A stretch of DNA of 56,059 nt, from the IMG/VR virus record IMGVR_UViG_3300008262_000247, positions 1 to 56,059 of that record. The stretch is one strand, 5' to 3'. The position numbers and the translations under genes are program-made. This DNA is from a virus (taxonomy: Duplodnaviria > Caudoviricetes). Position 1 is the first letter of the stretch. Each line of letters opens with the position of its first letter. The notes beneath the pieces were generated by a model that saw only the letters and a program-made list of their open reading frames with translations, ran no database searches and had not been told where the DNA came from. Shown here in pieces: positions 50,612 through 56,059 of the stretch.

Positions 50612-52282
50612 ATGTCAAACGTAAACGATTATAGTGGTGGTGTTCCTAATAAATCTGGTGTTGGAGATAAAACTCCAAAAAAATCCAATAATATTAAACG
50701 TGAAGATTTAGGAAAAGGAAAAACTGGTCACAAGCTATCCGAAAATTCGGAAAATGAAACTTTTCAAATTAATCATGTTGTTTATGCGGATGATACTGAA
50801 TCTGCTGGTAAAGTTTATATAGAAACAAAAACCGGTCATGATAAAGGCCTTTATGATAAGGGAGGGGTAGCTGAGTTGCAAGAAGAAATGAATATTAGAA
50901 TACTTAAAGAAATTTCATATAGTATTGCAACAAAAAACCCGTATGCTATGGGTGCAATTTTAGCTGGTAGAGGTATATTAACATTTGCTGATGCAAGAAA
51001 TCAAGATAAAAGTATAGGTGCTTCATTGGCATATACGGTGATAGGAAACTATGGAAAGCCTACTACAATCACTTATTCTCCTTTTAACAAAATTATGCAT
51101 AAAGTAGAACATAGTGGTAAAGTTGGAAAAATGTTTGTTGAAAGTGCGGAATGGGTACATAAGCTCCAGGGTAAATTTGATATTAAATTACCAATAGGTG
51201 ACAACCCGGCCAATGTAATAAAACTCAATCCTTATATAATAAATGCATTTTCTAGAGCAGAAAAAGAAGGAACATTAGCCACATTCTATTATGCACCAAA
51301 AAAATTGTTGTTTGGAGATGATTCGCATAATAATTCACATGATGCACAAATAAATAAACATGTAGGTGATTTAGGACATGGTGCTACAAATCATGCAAAT
51401 TCATCACCTGGAACACATGGTGATAATAATGTTGTACTTCCTACAACCGGACTAACACTAACAACATCAGTAGAATCAGGAAATATTATAGATTCAACAC
51501 GTCCTCCTGTACATATTGAAGTTCCTGTATATGCAAATCCACATTCTGAAAAAGTAGAACAAGGTAATTTTTGGGAAAATAAACTTTTAAAGGCGAGTGA
51601 AGTTGGTGGTGGTGAAAAAGTAGAAAGTAAATCCAAATTCAACTTCTGGAACAGCCCAATATCAACCACAGTAGCGTGGTTAATAGAACCAATTGATGAT
51701 ATAATTAGAGATATTAATGTGGTTAATCGTGCAGAAGATAAGCTTGCTGCGGGTATAGATGAAAATGATGATAAGAGACAAAGAGTAGCAGCTGTACTTA
51801 ATGATATTGAACAACAAGGTGGTAGTTGGACTATTACAAATGGAAATTTAACAATCACGCCACCACCTAAAAAAACAGAAAATAACAACAGTTTACTTAA
51901 TCCAGGTACGATAACAATATCACAAGATAATCTTAGAAATACAGTAAAAGCAAATTCTTTGATGCAGATGAATGTTGCAAATACTAAAAAAATCAAAAAA
52001 ACGCTAGATGGTGCAGCTGCCCAGAAAAAAGTAGAAGATAACCTAAACGTTTTAAAGCAAAATAAACAAGCTAGTATGACACTGGCTGCCCAAGAGCAAG
52101 CTATTAATAATGCTAGGGCACGAGAAGGTGCAATATATGGACAAAAAGGTGAACAGGGATTGGGTATTGGTATTAGAAAGACACAATTTGGACAAGTTAA
52201 TATATATGTTCAACAAATGCAACAATTACGTGGAACTCCAGCTTTTGGTACTCCAACGATTGGGCCTGCAAGAGGATATTAA
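50612..52282 (+). CDS. Hypothetical protein
   Basis: 556-aa ORF with no motif recognised. Confidence 0.6.
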   Translation: MSNVNDYSGGVPNKSGVGDKTPKKSNNIKREDLGKGKTGHKLSENSENETFQINHVVYADDTESAGKVYIETKTGHDKGLYDKGGVAELQEEMNIRILKEISYSIATKNPYAMGAILAGRGILTFADARNQDKSIGASLAYTVIGNYGKPTTITYSPFNKIMHKVEHSGKVGKMFVESAEWVHKLQGKFDIKLPIGDNPANVIKLNPYIINAFSRAEKEGTLATFYYAPKKLLFGDDSHNNSHDAQINKHVGDLGHGATNHANSSPGTHGDNNVVLPTTGLTLTTSVESGNIIDSTRPPVHIEVPVYANPHSEKVEQGNFWENKLLKASEVGGGEKVESKSKFNFWNSPISTTVAWLIEPIDDIIRDINVVNRAEDKLAAGIDENDDKRQRVAAVLNDIEQQGGSWTITNGNLTITPPPKKTENNNSLLNPGTITISQDNLRNTVKANSLMQMNVANTKKIKKTLDGAAAQKKVEDNLNVLKQNKQASMTLAAQEQAINNARAREGAIYGQKGEQGLGIGIRKTQFGQVNIYVQQMQQLRGTPAFGTPTIGPARGY

Positions 52283-52293
52283 AATATTAATAT

Positions 52294-52575
52294 ATGAGAT
52301 ATATAAATGATAGAATAAAATATAATACTGGTGGAAAAGAAGTATATGTTTCCAAACTAATGGCAAATATACCAGAAGATGTAAATGATATCTATATACG
52401 AACAACGATAGGAGATAGATTAGATATTATAGCATCTACTTTTTACAATGATTCTTCTTTATGGTGGATTATTGCGGAAGCAAATAATATTCACGATGCA
52501 CCGATTGGATTAAAGCCTGGAATCGTTTTAAGAATACCTGTGAACTATCGTAATATATTACAAGCGAATATTTAA
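52294..52575 (+). CDS. LysM-like baseplate wedge protein (gp53/tail X-like)
   Basis: GDRLDIIASTFYNDSSLWWIIAEANNI.......PG..LRIP. Confidence 0.85.
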   Translation: MRYINDRIKYNTGGKEVYVSKLMANIPEDVNDIYIRTTIGDRLDIIASTFYNDSSLWWIIAEANNIHDAPIGLKPGIVLRIPVNYRNILQANI

Positions 52576-52580
52576 AATAT

Positions 52581-55388
52581 ATGGCATATCCTTTATTTAC
52601 AACAATAGAAAAACCAATTTATGATTCTATAACAACTATTAGTGATGGATTGTTAAATGGGTTACAAAAATCAACAGCAGCATCAAACTTAACTGCTTGG
52701 GTAAGAATTATTTCCGGAGTGGGGAATGGATTAGTGCTATTTTCAAATCCAGATATGCCAGTCACTGCTAATCCGGGTACACCAATATTTGATAGTAATA
52801 ATAAAATAATAGGATATAACTATATTGCATCTTTATATGGTAATGGTACAACTGCTGCACAAGTAGGAATTGATTGGAGTGGTAGACCTGTATTTGGAAA
52901 AGCAAATGAAACACTTGGTGAATTGGTTTTAAGACCACATCCGATAATAACTGGGTTGAGTGTAAAAGAAGGTAAAGACCAAATTTCAAGAGTATGTGAA
53001 CTTACGATAAAATGTTTTTCACTTTCTCAGGCTGAAAGATTGCAAGAATATGTGATGGAACCTGGATATACTCTATGTGTGGAATGGGGATTAAATACTG
53101 AAAAAGGATTAAGTCAATTAATTAATACTTCTAAAGGTGAAGGTATGGTGCAGGATATAACTGCAAAAAATTTAGACTATAATAATCTCCATAGAGTTAG
53201 AGTGGCCGCTGATGGTGATTATGATTCGTTTTTAGGCTTTATAGTGGGTGGCTCATTTACATCGGCTGATAATGACTCTTATACATTGACTATAAAACTG
53301 AGAGGTATGCCGGGTCTTCCAACGTTTTTACAACTTCAATATCCAATATTAGAATTAAGAACTACATATGATGCGAGTGGTAAAAAAATCGGTACACAAG
53401 TAAGAGATACACCAGCGACACAGACATATAGTGCAGCCGATGTATCAATAACAACAGGAGATGTAAATGAGACGTTGGGATTGAGGAGAGCTAAATGGCT
53501 TTATAATAATTTACCATCAAGCAAACAAATACCAGAAGTTAAAACAAATATTATTGAAGAAGCTGGTAATAGAAAAAATAATTTAGGTTGGTTTAATTTT
53601 ATAAATTTTGATTATGTAGTTAAATCTACAATAAAAAGTCATTTTGAAAGTACATCGGCTGAAATAAACATTGCGGGCTTTAAAGTACCAAAAGAAAAAT
53701 TTATATCAAATAACCAATATATCAACCTTGGATATGCAATAAAAATATTAAATGCAAATAATGGATTGATATCTTATAAATACAATGGTAAAAATGTTAA
53801 ATGTAGAATAAATCCAAGAAGTTTTATTGGTGCGTTTCCAAAAATGTTTTCAACAAGACCATCAAAGCTTTTAATACCAGGTAAAATGCCTGATTTTTAT
53901 AAATTATATTGTACAACCGAAACTGTAAGTTATAGAGACCTTATTAATTCTGAAATAGATAATTCAATTAATGCGGATATGTGGGTAGTTGATAGTGCAA
54001 CCGGTAAAGAAACTGTAAAACAGGGTTGGATGTCTTTCGTACAATATGAAGAAATACCACCAGCTAGTGTTAAAAAATCAAGTTACAATGGTTTCTTTGA
54101 ACTACCTGGATATTATGGAAAATTGGAACACTTGTATGTAAACTATGAAGTATTTAAAAATGCAATAATAAATTCAAATAACAAATCTATTAGAGACGTT
54201 TTATTAGAAATATTAAACGAAATGGCCAGTGCTGTAAATTCATTTTGGAATTTTCAAATTATAGAACAACAAATTGGAGATTCGGTAGAATTGCAAATAA
54301 TAGATGAAAACTGGACTGGATATAGAGATTCTAGTAAACCTGTTAGAACATTCGCACATAGTGGAGCGGCATCGGTATTTTTAGAAGCAAATTTAGATAT
54401 TGATATTCCATCTGAAATGACTAACCAAATTATTTTAAAAAGAGAATCTATAACTTACAATACAAAAACAAAAAAACCGGAATCCGGAAAAATGTATTCA
54501 GTTAATCCTGATTCTAAAAACATTGATGTTGGTGGCCTATTTTCAAATAAAAAAGATAAATTTTTATCAGCAATTGATGTGGATAGTATAAATAGTGAAA
54601 ATAGTAAGGAAAAACTTGCAAAAACAAAACCAGACCCAAATAAAGTGGCTTTTGAAGTTGACCCTCAAACAAAAACTGAAGCAGAAACTTACTATGATAC
54701 AATTGAACAAACTTTAGTAAAAAGTGATACTGGTATTATTCCAAATGTAAATGACCCACTAGGAAGTTATACGCAGTTTATTGGATGGCGTAATGCAAAA
54801 GGTGAATTGGTTATGGAAGTAGATTTGAGTCAAAGCGCAGGACGTTCTTTAGGAGAATGGTTGGGAATTCTTGACCCGAGAGAAACTGTATATTACGAAG
54901 CTACTCCAGAAGGCGCTAGATTAAAATATCTTGCTGATAAAATAAAAACACTTAAAGATATTGAATTAGATACGCAGGCAACCACATTAACCACAAATTT
55001 GGATAAGATTAATATCGTACCAAATCCAGATGTTAATATAATTGTTCCTGCTGTGTTGGGAAATTTAAATAATAATTTTACCGAATTTAATAAAAATTTT
55101 AAAATTTATTGTTGTGATGACCCACAACTATTTGATATTATAAAAAATGAAGCATTTGAATCATATCCTGGGGCAATGAAAACTTCACACTTATTACCAA
55201 TAAAATATTCTTTTAAAATTTTTGGAAAAAGTGGAATTAGAAGAGGTGATACTTTTGTTATAAAAGGTATTCCGGAAAAGTATGAAAAAAATGGATTCTT
55301 TCAAGTAGTGCAGGTTGAGCATGATATTCAAGATAGTAAGTGGGTTACCGAAGTTGTTGGACAATATAGACAACAAGTATCTAAATAA
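52581..55388 (+). CDS. Putative baseplate hub protein
   Basis: PIITGLSVKE...LTIKCFS..Q...YVMEPGYTLCVEWG and LLPIKYSFKIFGKSGIRRG..F...FFQVVQVEHDI...WVTEV. Follows the LysM gene. Confidence 0.68.
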   Translation: MAYPLFTTIEKPIYDSITTISDGLLNGLQKSTAASNLTAWVRIISGVGNGLVLFSNPDMPVTANPGTPIFDSNNKIIGYNYIASLYGNGTTAAQVGIDWSGRPVFGKANETLGELVLRPHPIITGLSVKEGKDQISRVCELTIKCFSLSQAERLQEYVMEPGYTLCVEWGLNTEKGLSQLINTSKGEGMVQDITAKNLDYNNLHRVRVAADGDYDSFLGFIVGGSFTSADNDSYTLTIKLRGMPGLPTFLQLQYPILELRTTYDASGKKIGTQVRDTPATQTYSAADVSITTGDVNETLGLRRAKWLYNNLPSSKQIPEVKTNIIEEAGNRKNNLGWFNFINFDYVVKSTIKSHFESTSAEINIAGFKVPKEKFISNNQYINLGYAIKILNANNGLISYKYNGKNVKCRINPRSFIGAFPKMFSTRPSKLLIPGKMPDFYKLYCTTETVSYRDLINSEIDNSINADMWVVDSATGKETVKQGWMSFVQYEEIPPASVKKSSYNGFFELPGYYGKLEHLYVNYEVFKNAIINSNNKSIRDVLLEILNEMASAVNSFWNFQIIEQQIGDSVELQIIDENWTGYRDSSKPVRTFAHSGAASVFLEANLDIDIPSEMTNQIILKRESITYNTKTKKPESGKMYSVNPDSKNIDVGGLFSNKKDKFLSAIDVDSINSENSKEKLAKTKPDPNKVAFEVDPQTKTEAETYYDTIEQTLVKSDTGIIPNVNDPLGSYTQFIGWRNAKGELVMEVDLSQSAGRSLGEWLGILDPRETVYYEATPEGARLKYLADKIKTLKDIELDTQATTLTTNLDKINIVPNPDVNIIVPAVLGNLNNNFTEFNKNFKIYCCDDPQLFDIIKNEAFESYPGAMKTSHLLPIKYSFKIFGKSGIRRGDTFVIKGIPEKYEKNGFFQVVQVEHDIQDSKWVTEVVGQYRQQVSK

Positions 55389-55402
55389 TAAAATTTTATA
55401 TT

Positions 55403-55768
55403 ATGGTAGGAAATGTATTACAATATGCAGCGGCTAGTCTAAATAATGCAAATAAAATAAAGCCTATTAAAATTCAAACTTATTTACCAACACCGGGTGA
55501 TGTAGAATATAGTATTGGATATATTGAAAGATATTTCGTACAAAAAATAAATGATAATGATTCTCCAATATACGAAATAAGTGAATCGTATAGGCCAATA
55601 ATTCAGGGTAATGGACTTTATAAAACTACATCAATTAGATGGAGAATTAAAGGTGTTCCACAAGAAATTATGAATTCAAATAAAAAATCAATAGAGTTTG
55701 TAAAAGAAGAAATGCCTAAACTCGGTCTATACCTTCCTAATCTTCTTCAGTTTGCGAAAGTAAATTAA
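55403..55768 (+). CDS. Hypothetical baseplate-region protein
   Basis: PT..EY..GYIERYFVQKIND...YEI...IRWRIKG...N...YLPNLLQF. Confidence 0.6.
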   Translation: MVGNVLQYAAASLNNANKIKPIKIQTYLPTPGDVEYSIGYIERYFVQKINDNDSPIYEISESYRPIIQGNGLYKTTSIRWRIKGVPQEIMNSNKKSIEFVKEEMPKLGLYLPNLLQFAKVN

Positions 55769-55800
55769 TTTGGTAATATAAATATTTTTTCGTATATTTG
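55769..55800 (+). promoter_or_regulatory. Bacteroidota housekeeping-sigma promoter upstream of tmRNA
   Basis: TTTG (55769-72), 20-nt spacer, TATATTTG (55793-800). Matches the -33 TTTG / -7 TAnnTTTG consensus. Confidence 0.75.
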
Positions 55801-55813
55801 TATTTATTGATAT

Positions 55814-56059
55814 GGGGATGCTTTGGAATTGATTGCGATGAGAAGCATAGTATCACACGTAGACAGAAGTGCTAGATGTCTTTAAATCTGTACAAAACAA
55901 TAACTGACGTAGAATTATCTACTTGGACCTTTGATGATGTAATGTCATTCATTGGTGCTGATTACGCTGTAGCAGCCTAATCACCTCCCGTATCACTCAT
56001 GGGGTTTAAAAAAGAAGTGAACAAAAAGGAGCTCTACCTATCGGCTCTCTAAAACTGAT
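55814..56059 (+). ncRNA. ssrA: tmRNA, 3' end beyond the window
   Basis: 5' GGGGATG...GGAATTGA acceptor/D-loop start. ATAACT resume context, then a tag ORF at 55906-55980 ending YAVAA*. Confidence 0.88.

Noticed and set aside
51391-51996. 201-aa minus-strand ORF
   Set aside because: Antisense to 50612..52282 in a uniformly plus-strand operon, and the composition looks like a shadow.
77-55768. Stop-codon reassignment explaining the broken genes
   Set aside because: The breaks are frame changes or deletions, not in-frame stops. Very long ORFs are open under code 11.

Overview
Virion morphogenesis region of a large, AT-rich T4-related myophage, with all genes on the + strand. The order is: scaffold end, major capsid, neck/terminator (gp13/14/15-like), about 34 kb of giant fibre/appendage genes, tail sheath, tube, assembly chaperones, tape measure, baseplate genes and a tmRNA at the right edge. 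A Bacteroidota-type promoter (TTTG-N20-TATATTTG) and mostly SD-less, A-rich start contexts suggest a Bacteroidota host. Main observation: a ~4,200-aa virion protein carries 22 tandem ~108-aa domains, each with an invariant C-x-R-D motif and a helix pattern resembling the bilin-binding core of phycobiliproteins, arranged in clusters of 3-3-6-3-7. The neighbouring 3,431-aa fibre has two cupredoxin-like domains with a complete type-1 copper ligand set and a ~1,000-aa Gly-Ser/Thr-Ser triplet tract. Also seen: essential genes (capsid, sheath, tube, fibres) that lack internal segments (most likely collapsed scaffold gaps, but worth testing), an ATATTTATA late-promoter-like motif, a candidate U7 frameshift in the tail chaperone, a pervasive S/T-G/A-S tripeptide in virion proteins, and an unusually long tmRNA tag. 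All homology calls are from motif recognition only; no searches were run.
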